The position numbers were made by a program, and so were the translations under genes. Positions 25,214-36,100 of a stretch of 64,000 nucleotides of DNA are shown piece by piece. This stretch comes from Marsupella aquatica (lineage: Eukaryota > Plantae > Marchantiophyta). Below the pieces are notes generated by a model. That model was not told the DNA's origin. It worked only from the letters and a program-made list of their open reading frames with translations, and made no database searches. The stretch covers positions 15,902,330-15,966,329 of the forward strand of contig OZ316898.1 in the NCBI GenBank assembly GCA_973895155.1. Direction: 5' to 3'. Each line of letters opens with the position of its first letter. Positions within the stretch are counted from its first letter, which is position 1.

Positions 25214-26987
25214 ACGGTGGTGCAGGAGAACCACCCACCTCCAGTGGAACCAGCCCCTTCGACCGACTTACCTCAAGGGCTGGATGTGTCCACTCCTACT
25301 CCCGCACGGGTTGGAGTCTGCCCGTGCCCGAATCCAGAAGGACATAGTCTAGACCATCCGGAACTCTTTGCGCCAGACACATTTTTGAACGGATTGTTGG
25401 AAGATTTCTCGCAATAGATCTCTTGGGACACCGGGGAATACATGGCCCGGAGGGTAGCCTACTTCTTCAACCAAGAGTTGGTTGCGGCAGTAAGGGTAGG
25501 ACATGCGCAGGCAGAGACAGCGCAGAGATTAGAGCGATATTGGGTTGAGTCTGCCTACCTGAAGGACAAAGTGGCAACCCTGGAGGCTGAACTCCAGCAA
25601 CTATGACCTCAGGTAATGGCCACGGAGGACCAGGTTGCCGAGGCTAGAGCCCAAGCAGTGTTAACAATACAGGTCGGGCTCGAAAAGGACGTCGAGATCG
25701 TGCGGCTCCGGACCAAGATTGACGGTTTGGAGGGGCAAGCCGTCAGTTGGCAAAAGGATCTGGAGGAAGCTGACTCCCGGTCTCAGCGGGACACAACCAA
25801 GATTGACACTCTGAAGGCAGAGGTGGCGCGGCTTCAAGGAGAAGTCACAAAACAGGCCCAGTTGGTGGATAAGCTGACGAGTGACACCCAACAACTGGAG
25901 GAGGCATGCCAGAAAGCCGCAGAAGAGGTAGACGCGGTGAAGCGGGAGAACAAATCTCTGCTGGACCAGGTCCAGCTACTCAAGCAAGACACCGATAGGC
26001 TCAGAAGGTAGCGGGATAGCCGCTCCCACTCAGGCGGCTCTGGCAAGCGTGCCAGGCATTAGCGGTGGAGTACGATTAAAATAGAGTAGGAGTAGCTAAA
26101 TTAGGCTATAGGGACAAGCACCTGCCCTAGTTAAAGCAGCACTGCCATGCTGTACAACCTGCATAGATTAGGATCTTCTAATAAGACAAGCCGTTTTCCG
26201 GCCTGACAACCAGCTTAGTTAGGACTTTAGTTAGTGAATCTTTGGGCGCGAGGGCACTCCGTTCCTTGGCCCTTAGTATTTAGTGCGACCCTCGGTAGAG
26301 GCGAGGGGGGGATTTTTAGTCTCAGTGTTGGACATCCGCGATATGTGCGGGGAGTCCCAACCTCTGGGAGTGAAAGAGTACCAAGGGAAGGGTGTAGGAC
26401 TAAGCTCGCTAGGCGAGTGCAGAGCCGGGCTCCGTTGTAGTGTACACCCTTGGCCTCGGACCTGTTCATTCCAAAGCTTTCGGGTCAACTAAGTGTACGC
26501 ATATGTCTCCTATGTAGTAAAATCCTTTCCCATTATTTCCTTCGTGTAAATCGAGATTGTATGCTTGTGCGTATGTATATGTGTGAATCTCGTGTACAGG
26601 TGCCAACGCTTGGCCAAACGCACTACCCAAGTCATGCATGGGGTGCAGCTTGCGGGTAAGTAGTTGCGAGCCCGGGTTGAGTACCCATACCATCGAATCC
26701 GGATCAAAGGCGGACAACATGAAGGCTTAGAAGCCCGTAAGCCAGGGTCGATCCTGCTATCGACTGAGGTACATTCTGGCGGCGGAACACAAACCATACC
26801 TAAGAGGTGTCCGTATATGACAATAGGCGCACTTAGCGCTAGTTTATGTGATTTAGGTGCATTCCGTGCCTCCCTCCCTGCCCGAACCCTCATATTGACA
26901 AAGGATGTGCTTGTCTAAGCTGAAGCTCGGGCTAAGGCCTAGGCTGACAACGTAACACCTGTCCTGTGAAATTGAGGACATTAGAAA

Positions 26988-27002
26988 TAGCGCCTGGCGC
27001 TA
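26988..27002. repeat. Palindrome copy in intron 1
   Basis: Perfect TAGCGCCTGGCGCTA. Confidence 0.9.
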
Positions 27003-27092
27003 ACCTAACAATACAACCTGAAAAAAGGGAGAAATTGTTGAAGGGAAACAATCAAATTTGGGAAGAGTAGTCGGTGGTGAAAGAAAACTCAC

Positions 27093-27682
27093 TGGTTAAC
27101 AATATGCATCGTTGCCTCAATCTCGATGATTGATGCCTTGTCTCCTTTGAAAATTGTGCATTGCACGCGAGGATGATACTTAGGATTCTCTGGACTCTTG
27201 TTTGTGACTTGAGTCCACGAAAACAACCAATGATTTCCATCAAAAACATAGAACATTTTGTCCTTGAGGACGTGGAAAGTGGGGTCTGATTCACATTCTG
27301 CTTCAAACAACTGGTTCTCCATGATCCAAAGAGGATCCCAAGTGCCCCAAATTTCATCTGTACAAATCTGCGGATTACCTTGAGCGTTGGATGGCTGAAT
27401 GAAAAAGCGCATGCCAATGGACGAATTGTATCCAGATGTCCGGAATGAGTCCTTCAGCTTCTCAATCGATTGACTGTTCCTTTGAAGAGTGTGCACAACC
27501 TCCATGTGAACGAGATGACATAAAGGAATTCTTGGAGGCTCCTTTGGTAACCCATTCGCATCAACTCCAAATGACATCACGTGCTTTTCAATGACATTGA
27601 CCACCAATTTCTCAATGTCATCGACATTCTGAACGGCAAACTCACCAACATGTTCCATTTTCAATCGCCTCGGTTTGGACAA
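27093..27682 (-). pseudogene. Exon 1: ParB/sulfiredoxin-like domain
   Basis: IPLCHL...SIEKLKDSFRTSGY...MFYVFDGNH(W)LFSW; W codon TGG is one CpG transition from CGG (DGNHR). Confidence 0.65.
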
Positions 27683-28211
27683 GGAAGCTCAACTTGACTG
27701 AGAGGATACTGCGCTGTGGAACGAGTTACTCTTTGACTTGAAACACAACTAGAATATGATGACTCTGAGGATTGGGAATGGTTTGGCGACCCAGATCCCA
27801 TTTCGATATACTCTCCCAACTGCGATGCGGAGATTTTTCCCGTTCAATTTTGTTTCGTACGGGAGTTTGTTTGGGAGTTTGTACGCTTAATCATGCGGAT
27901 TCTCCTTACACGCATCCCTCAACGACACCAACGCAAATGAGAAGAATCTGCCTCAGCAGGAACAATTCCAAAGGAAGCAAAGTGCCCTAAATGTACAACG
28001 ACTGGACCTCTGGCGACATGTGAGTCGGGGGACGTTGGACACCTGGAGCGAAATGCACCGTTGATTAAATTTGGGATTGACCAATAGACCTCACAATGCA
28101 TAAAAAGGTATCTATTTAAGTTACCGTTGGCCTGCTACCTCCATAAATATTATACTCGAATTGACTAAAATGTCCGTTGAAGTTACCGTTGAAGAGCGAG
28201 TCATTATTAGA

Positions 28212-28578
28212 TAGCGCCCGATGCTATCATTGGCGTCCGTTGTGAAGGTTCCTTCAATCTATTATGAACATCATATTCATTCAAGAAATTGTAATTTAGC
28301 ATAGAAGTTTTTACTAGCGCCAGGCACTAGTAAAATATTACAGTTTAGAACCTTCAAAAATTGACTCAAAGTTTCGTTAGCGCCTGGCGCTATCATAGGG
28401 ATATGTCATTATGGTATCTTTATCCTCTCATATATAACACGGAAGATAATATTCCTTCGAGAACAGAACATTTCTTTTCGAATAGTTTACTAGCGCCGGG
28501 CGCTAATAAACATTAACCTGATAACCGTTAAAGTTACTATTTGATTATCGAGTACTCCTTTGATAGCGCCTGGCGCTA
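28212..28578. promoter_or_regulatory. Five palindrome copies in the divergent promoter region (28212, 28315, 28378, 28491, 28564)
   Basis: Read directly; regulatory role is inferred from position. Confidence 0.7.
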
Positions 28579-28805
28579 GCATTGGGAGTTACCGTTACGG
28601 ACCAGATATGCATGATACATATTTGTGCCTTGAAATTTATGTTCAAATTTTGATCAATAAGCTTTTCTTGGTAGGTGCTGACATGTGTAATTCCGTTACA
28701 AAATGACAAGCATTCATTGCTAATAGGTCACTTTGTCGTATTCGTAACGGTTTTATTCGGCACAAATGAATTTAGGTGGCCTCACATTTCTGTACGCCAT
28801 TTCCA

Positions 28806-30170
28806 ATGGATTCACGAATTGTAATTTCTCGCTGTCCGCCTGGCGACCTCGTGACAATCCTTCTCGCCGATCCTAAGAAAAATGATGAAATTTCTGAGGA
28901 ATATCTTGCCACCAAGTTTGGAATTCCTAGGGAAAGCATACAGCAAATAGTTATCTTCGGAGAGGAAGTGGTGGTTGATGTTTATTTCATTGAAGGAGTT
29001 CGGTATTGGAGGTTGTGCGATGGGGTGAAGTATGACATCGTTAGTTTGGGAAAATTTGAGGTACCATCCTCCTCAAAGGGGAAGTTGAAAGTCGATTTGA
29101 TTGACCTTTCAGATAGTATCAATGATGAAGATTTGGCGAAGCTTCATCTTCCTTAGAACAACGTGAAAATGGAGACGGTCCATGGGCGGACGACCAATTC
29201 AGTTGTGTATCGGAGGAGTACTCTTGATGCGATTCTACAATCAAAAGGCTAGAGTGAGATCTCTAGATTCATGCGAAGGAATGATTACCAATTTGAGCAA
29301 GTATCAAGCTTGCCTGGCACGTACAATGGGAATATTGTTTTTGAACTGCCTCCAGTTATTGGAGTTTTCTCAAAAGGTGAACGCCTCCGGGACATGGATC
29401 GCGGCAAGGACTGCTACTATTGGACTCGGATTGTCACGACTTCCGCAAATGTTCTCCCAAAAAAGGTGTGGGATTTTGGGAAAGTCTTTTGCACGGGTTC
29501 CTTGGAATGTCGTAACCATTCATGTCAGTTTTGGGCCGAACATAAAAGGAGGAATGCAAAGTTCTGGGCAAGAGTTCCTAAGATTTCTGGACCGCACGTA
29601 GTTGGGCAACTCATTCTTGAGGGTGGGATTGTCTGTCATTATTGTTGGGAGCGCCCATTTTGTGTTGAGTCCTGTCCAGCGATGATGTTCTACATGTACG
29701 CGTCTTCCAAATTTGATGTCGAGTCTGCTAAGCATATGTCGTGGCTTGCCATTCACATCGGAGATCATAACCATCTGAGCAAGCAAGTTTTTTCAAGAGA
29801 GGCAGAGAAAGTTGCAAAGATGCACATGGAACAAGGTTTGACTTTGAATCCACGTGCAACTGCGGCGGGTATGAAGAACACAGTCACGGGGTCTCTTTTT
29901 AAGGCAATCTGTGAGTCGTCAATTCAAGACATGATCCCAATAGAAGAGACCAAGATTTTTGAATCTCTTCAAGTCATCTCAACGCCTCAGAAATTTGTGA
30001 ACCTTCTGAGGAGTATCCGTCAAGACCAGAAAGGAAGAGGTGAATTGGAATTTCTGGTAAGCATGCAGAAGAACATTTCATTCCCATTTTTGCAAAAGTT
30101 CTTGTTGCCGGGACAAGGGTCTCGAGATGAGAGTGCACATATTTTCAAGATGTCCACTAAGGGTGAAGGC
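28806..30170 (+). pseudogene. N-terminal half of a MULE-like transposase with GCM-type (WRKY/GCM1) zinc DNA-binding domain; truncated by an LTR
   Basis: ORFs 28776-29156 and 29271- are in frame across two stops; KVFCTGSLECRNHSC...CHYC...VESC...HIGDHNH parallels GCM KKSCLGVVVC...CPNC...IPC...GEHDH; ends HIFKMSTKGEG at the insertion. DDE core not in window. Confidence 0.7.
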
Positions 30171-31454
30171 TATGGTGCGTCCCATGGCTCCCCAAACCCA
30201 AGAAACCCCCTGCGCAGGCCGATTCTCATAGGTTTCATCCTCAGCGAGGCCATTTCCGCGGCTTAGCGGCATGGGACGCTGCTAACCTCCTTCTACTACT
30301 ACTATTAACATTTTACACACATATACTGGACAGATCCTTCATCGGGTCATGAGATACGTAGCCGGCCTAATCTAGGCCTTCCCTTGTATTCCCCTCCTTT
30401 TCTTTAGGTATATTTGGATTCCGCCGCCGGAATGATCCCCAATTGGCTTGGTTAAGCCGCTAAGACCTCTCTCAGCTCGACACATCTAACTCTCACTCCC
30501 TTGCTTACTTCCCTTCATCTATTAGTTGACGTGTGTGGTGCGTCCCATGGCTCCCTAAACCCAAGAAACCCCCCAGCTCAAGCCGATTCCCGCAGGTTTC
30601 GTGCTTGGCGAGGCCGTTTCCGCGGCTTAGCGGCATGGGACGCTGCTAACTTTCTACTACTACTATTAACATTTTACACACATATACTAGACAGATCCTT
30701 CATCGGGTCATGAGATACGTAGCCGGCCTAATATAGGCCTTCCCCTGTCTTCCCCTGTCTTCCCCTCCGTCTTGTTAGGTATGTTTGGATTCCGCCACCG
30801 GAATGATCCCCAATAGGCTTGGTTAAGCCGCTAAGACCTCTCTCAGCTCGACACATCCAACTCTCACTCCCCTGCTTACTTTCCTTCCTTCTGTTGATGT
30901 GGGCACTCTTCACACAAGTTAATGCGACACACAAATAGCAAAATGACTCATTCTGACTGAGTCATACCATGCACTTGCCATACAAACAGTACATCTCATA
31001 CACAAGTTCTGCGAACTAAGCCGTGAGGCCAACTCTATTCAGCTCTTAGGCATGAGGAAACATGAATATACACAAGGGTCACTGTATGACTAACCGAGAG
31101 CTTCTCGTACTACTTGATCCCAGCCCGGCTGGTGCAAACTAAAAACTTGCTAAAGAAGAGGCCCTGAGCTCCCCGCTGCCCAGGTACTTATCCTGGTAGT
31201 GGATCCGCCATTCTTTGCATCGTAAGCCTAATCTACTTAACAGTAATCTACTTGCCCAAATCTACCTATGTACAGCAAGGCAGGAGCACAAGTGTTGCTC
31301 CTACCAGTGGGACCGCAATCCCACTAAGCTAAGTGTCAGGGCCGCTCCTGGTTCTGATCCTAATCCTAAACGTGGAGATCCGCGCCCGCCCTGCCCACTC
31401 ACGCCTCCTCCCTCCACGTCCGCCCTCCCTAAAAGGAACGGCGCCCTTGCACCG

Positions 31455-33087
31455 TCACGACACCGGTGGTGGATCCTTAATGGACGCCCCCAACGCTTCC
31501 TCCTCAGCCACTGCCGTAGGTTCATTCTCTGACAGATTACCTGCCCTTGACTGAGTCAACTCTCCATCGGCCTGACTGGGTCCACCTTCGGCTTCAGCCT
31601 CGACACCGGCCTCGGCAATACCCACGGCTTCGGCCTCAGCCACTCCCTCGGCTTCGGCCTCCCCTTCCCCTAGGGTAGTTGGATCCCTAGCCGTGATCCT
31701 GTCTGGGGTCGGTGCTGGGTCTACCTCCTTGATCACCACGGCCTGTGAAGTCGTATTACTCCTTGACCCTGAAGGTTTCCGCTTCTTCTTCGTTGGTGGC
31801 TTGGCAGCTGGTCCCTTCCCCTTCCCACTTACTTCCGGCACTGGTGCAGGTGGCGCGGCTTGTCCTTCGGCAATTACCACCCCTGGTAACTGGTTTGTCC
31901 CAACGGGAGATGGACCTGCTGCAGCTAAGCATTTAAATACTGCGGCTTGTTTCTTCAGCCGCTCTGTTTGGTTGTCGGCCCGCCGCTGTAGGTTCTCCAT
32001 CTTCCTCGTGATTTCCTCCAACTCCTCTTGGGTTTCATCCAGGTCCTTACGTGCCCCCTCCAGCTCGTTTTTGGCCTCCTCCTGCTCCCTGTGGGCTTCC
32101 TCCAATTCCTTCTTCAAGGTAGCCCTCTCCTCCTGGGTTGCTCTTAGCTCCTTGTCGAGCTCTGCAATGATGACAGACTCCATCTGGTTCATCTTGGCGT
32201 AAGTCTGTTCGAGCATCTCGTCCTTCTCCCTTAGGTCGGCCTTGAAGCTGGCCGTCAGGGACGCAAGCTCCTGCTGCAGCGCCATAATCCCTTGATAGGA
32301 TTTTCCTAACTCGACCTCCTTCTGCTCAAGGGCTCCGCGGATTTTCTCGAGCTCCCCTTTCAACGCCCATTCCTTTCTTTGGGTCTCCGCCATGGCCCGG
32401 CTGTTGGCTGTTATGTGGGCCTCCTCTGTATTCTTCAGCTCTTGCTTCCACTTCTCCCTCTCTTTGATCGTGTCGGCCAACTCTTCTTGCGTCTGAGTCA
32501 GTTTATCCTTGATATTCTGATTATCAGCCTGCGCGGTGTCCAACTGCCCCTGCATGATGTTCAGCTCATGTCGTTTAATCCGCAGTTCATCTTGGGCTTT
32601 CTTGGCCGCCCTTAGATCTTCAATCTCGGCTTCCATCCTCCTAAGCCGCCGAATGACCTCGTCCTTCTTGCTTCTCTCTAAAGCCACCGCTTCTTCCTAA
32701 ACCCTAAACCCTAAACCCTAAACCCTAAACCCTAAACCCTAATTGGTGCTTCTCCAACTGCTCCCTATGGAAAAAGGGTCCTACCTCCAACTCCTCTCCA
32801 AAGATGCCGAGCGCAAGTTCCCCACACATCTCACCATACTCCATGGCTCTATTCTTAGCGTAGGTGGAGTAAGTAGAAGTGATCGGCATCGCCCATCGTG
32901 GCCTCTGCTCCCAAGCCGTCCTGCGGATCTCTTCAATCGTGGCTAGAGGTTTGCTTCCTTTTTCGGCTAGCCGCCTGATGTCCTCCGGCCAATCTCCTCC
33001 TGGTAAATCCTTTTCCTTAGCCAGGGCGGCCTCCTCCTCCTGCTTGATTCGCTCCTGAAATTCTTGCACCGTCTGTTTTATGCCGTC
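31455..33087 (-). pseudogene. Duplicated C-terminal part of the LTR ORF
   Basis: 31492-33087 repeats 33113-34665; broken by a 43-bp telomeric insert. Confidence 0.9.
32697..32739 (+). repeat. Interstitial telomeric repeat (CCCTAAA)~6
   Basis: Absent at the equivalent position in other LTR copies. Confidence 0.97.
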
Positions 33088-33114
33088 CCTAAACCCTAAA
33101 CCCTAAACCCTAAA
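33087..33114 (+). repeat. Interstitial telomeric repeat (CCCTAAA)4 at the duplication junction
   Basis: Read directly. Confidence 0.97.
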
Positions 33115-36100
33115 CGCTTCCTCCTCAGCCACTGCCGTAGGTTCATTCTCTGACAGATTACCTGCCCTTGACTGAGTCAACTCTCCATCGGCCTGACTGG
33201 GTCCACCTTCGGCTTCAGCCTCAACACCGGCCTCGGCAATACCCACGGCTTCGGCCTCAGCCACTCCCTCGGCTTCGGCCTCCCCTTCCCCTAGGGTAGT
33301 TGGATCCCTAGCCGTGATCCTGTCTGGGGTCGGTGCTGGGTCTACCTCCTTGATCACCACGGCCTGTGAAGTCGTATTACTCCTTGACCCTGAAGGTTTC
33401 CGCTTCTTCTTCGTTGGTGGCTTGGCAGCTGGTCCCTTCCCCTTCCCACTTACTTCCGGCACTGGTGCAGGTGGCGCGGCTTGTCCTTCGGCAATTACCA
33501 CCCCTGGTAACTGGTTTGTCCCAACGGGAGATGGACCTGCTGCAGCTAAGCATTTAAATACTGCGGCTTGTTTCTTCAGCCGCTCTGTTTGGTTGTCGGC
33601 CCGCCGCTGTAGGTTCTCCATCTTCCTCGTGATTTCCTCCAACTCCTCTTGGGTTTCATCCAGGTCCTTACGTGCCCCCTCCAGCTCGTTTTTGGCCTCC
33701 TCCTGCTCCCTGTGGGCTTCCTCCAATTCCTTCTTCAAGGTAGCCCTCTCCTCCTGGGTTGCTCTTAGCTCCTTGTCGAGCTCTGCAATGATGACAGACT
33801 CCATCTGGTTCATCTTGGCGTAAGTCTGTTCGAGCATCTCGTCCTTCTCCCTTAGGTCGGCCTTGAAGCTAGCCGTCAGGGACGCAAGCTCCTGCTGCAG
33901 CGCCATAATCCCTTGATAGGATTTTCCTAACTTGACCTCCTTCTGCTCAAGGGCTCCGCGGATTTTCTCGAGCTCCCCTTTCAACGCCCATTCCTTTCTT
34001 TGGGTCTCCGCCATGGCCCGGCTGTTGGCTGTTATGTGGGCCTCCTCTGTATTCTTCAGCTCTTGCTTCCACTTCTCCCTCTCTTTGATCGTGTCGGCCA
34101 ACTCTTCCTGCGTCTGAGTCAGTTTATCCTTGATATTCTGATTATCAGCCTGCGCGGTGTCCAACTGCCCCTGCATGATGTTCAGCTCATGTTGTTTAAT
34201 CCGCAGTTCATCTTGGGCTTTCTTGGCCGCCCTTAGATCTTCAATCTCGGCTTCCATCCTCCTAAGCCGCCGAATGACCTCGTCCTTCTTGCTTCTCTCT
34301 AAAGCCACCGCTTCTTCTAATTGGTGCTTCTCCAACTGCTCCCTATGGAAAAAGGGTCCTACCTCCAACTCCTCTCCAAAGATGCCGAGCGCAAGTTCCC
34401 CACACATCTCACCATACTCCATGGCTCTATTCTTAGCGTAGGTGGAGTAAGTAGAAGTGATCGGCATCGCCCATCGTGGCCTCTGCTCCCAAGCCGTCCT
34501 GCGGATCTCTTCAATCGTGGCTAGAGGTTTGCTTCCTTTTTCGGCTAGCCGCCTGATGTCCTCCGGCCAATCTCCTCCTGGTAAATCCTTTTCCTTAGCC
34601 AGGGCAGCCTCCTCCTCCTGCTTGATTCGCTCCTGAAATTCTTGCACCGTCTGTTTTATGCCGTCAAAGCTCGGGGGAGCAACATCTGGTGGGGGAGACT
34701 CAGGGCTACTCTGCTGGTTGGGGTCCCCTCGCACTACCCTTGGAAGTGTGGGGACAAACCGGCCACAGGTCCTTACTCCTGGAACGTGATGGTCCGACCC
34801 ATAGCCGGAATTATCATGGCTGCAGTCCTCCACTGCCTCCTGTACCTCTTGGACGTCCGGCTTCTCCCTCTCCTCTTCGTCGGTAGGAGCTTTAGGCAAT
34901 TCTGCCTCAGATTCGGAGCTTGAGGTTCCCACGTACATTCGAACACCTGGCTTGGATTCCGGCCTGATTCTCTCCTTGTCTCCAGCAAAGGGGTTTTCTC
35001 TTGTGAGCCGGTGTAGGCCTACCTCTGTAGTAGTGTCCTGCATTGTTGCCGTTGCCGTTGTTGTTGCCGATGCCGATTTCTTTTCTTTCTCGAGTAGTTT
35101 CAGCAGACTCTGCATGCCTGGTTGCTGCATCGGCAAGTCTTCCTTCCTGGGCCTAAACACCTGCTCGATCGTAGGACTAACAGGTGGTTGAGGCTTCTCA
35201 GCCAACGGCCTCGGCGTTGGAGCTTCCTCGGGTGCCCTTACCTGCAGGGGAAGTACCGGGGCAAAAGTCTGACCTCTGGCATACCGGCACAACAGCGGCA
35301 TGTGATAGCCAAGCCGCGACACGCTCCCCATGCCGATTACCTGCTGCTCCTCCTTTAAGATCTTCTTCAATTGGTTGAGGAGGTACCCGTTGTAGTCCCG
35401 GCTTGGGTCTGGCCTTTCTGCCAGATAGACCTGTGCCTTGCCGATCTCTGCCCTCGGCAAGTTACAATGCATGGTCACCCGCAAGAAGTCGATCATCTCT
35501 CCTATGTGCGGGTTGGTGCAGGTGTTCCGGAAGAAGCCATTCTTCGTTGATGGCCCGGGGAACGACCGGAACTCCTTGTCAGGCAAGGTCTTCCTGGTAT
35601 CAACTTTGGTCTTATTGCCTATCGGCAAGCCAAACACTTCGGCAATTACCTTGGGAGTAAGATAGAAATCCTTCCCATATATCCTCGTGCAATTGGTCTC
35701 GGGTTCCCATGACCCCACGAATTCTAATAGGTCTGACTCCGGTACCTCCGGCTTCAGCCATGGTAATCTTACAAAGGCCTCTAAGCCGGATCCGGCCATG
35801 AAGCCTTGGTACTTCTTGGTCTGCATGGCCGTAAAGCATGCATCCTCCTCCCGTGCAAAATGTAGTTGCACCTCCACCGGTAGGGTTGCCGCCCAGCCCT
35901 TCCAGGTGTCATCCCTGGTTGGAATGGCCTTGATGGGATCGACCTCCTCCTCTTCGGCTTCTCCCTGCCTCCTGCTCTGCTGCTCGGCTGGCCTCTTTGG
36001 TGCCGCCGACCTCGTTCTTTTTGCCGGGGTGGCTTCATCGTTGACGGCCCCCTTCCTCTTCATCTCTGCTGCCGTGGAGGTTTCTCCTAGCACCGTTGCC

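Larger units (their letters stand above)
22830..26957 (+). mobile_element. Element B: long solo LTR with a decayed internal ORF
   Basis: TGTGATGTTG...CAACGTAACA termini; TSD CCTGT restores the host frame; TATAAAA at ~23198; decayed frame ~23350-24127 and 25214-26011 (coiled coil). Confidence 0.75.
6066..27894 (-). pseudogene. 5-exon ParB/Srx-like + N4C/N6A DNA methyltransferase-like gene (~1250 codons), with stops, frameshifts and two LTR insertions
   Basis: Exons 27894-27093; 26963-26958+22824-21486; 21387-21145+7632-7158; 7032-6427; 6340-6066; GT-AG introns. Junctions read IVNQ|TGQAVVEPSW and LQRNVGD|FKGNKT. Confidence 0.75.
3965..30170. mobile_element. Decayed Mutator-like (MULE) DNA transposon, interrupted by elements A and B; true ends not visible
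   Basis: Divergent transposase-like and ParB-MTase-like genes; a shared 15-bp palindrome ties together segments 4399-7632, 21140-22829 and 26958-30170; the reading frame rejoins exactly when A and B are removed at their TSDs. Confidence 0.7.

Noticed and set aside
6066-30170. Bacterial or phage contamination explaining the ParB-MTase
   Set aside because: GT-AG introns, plant LTR insertions with TSDs and CpG decay show long residence in the plant genome.
30943-30965. Hammerhead ribozyme in the family C LTR
   Set aside because: Only a simple hairpin (ATGACTCA-N7-TGAGTCAT); no CUGAUGA/GAAA core arrangement found.
32697-33114. True chromosome end
   Set aside because: Tracts are only 4-6 units and LTR sequence continues on both sides.
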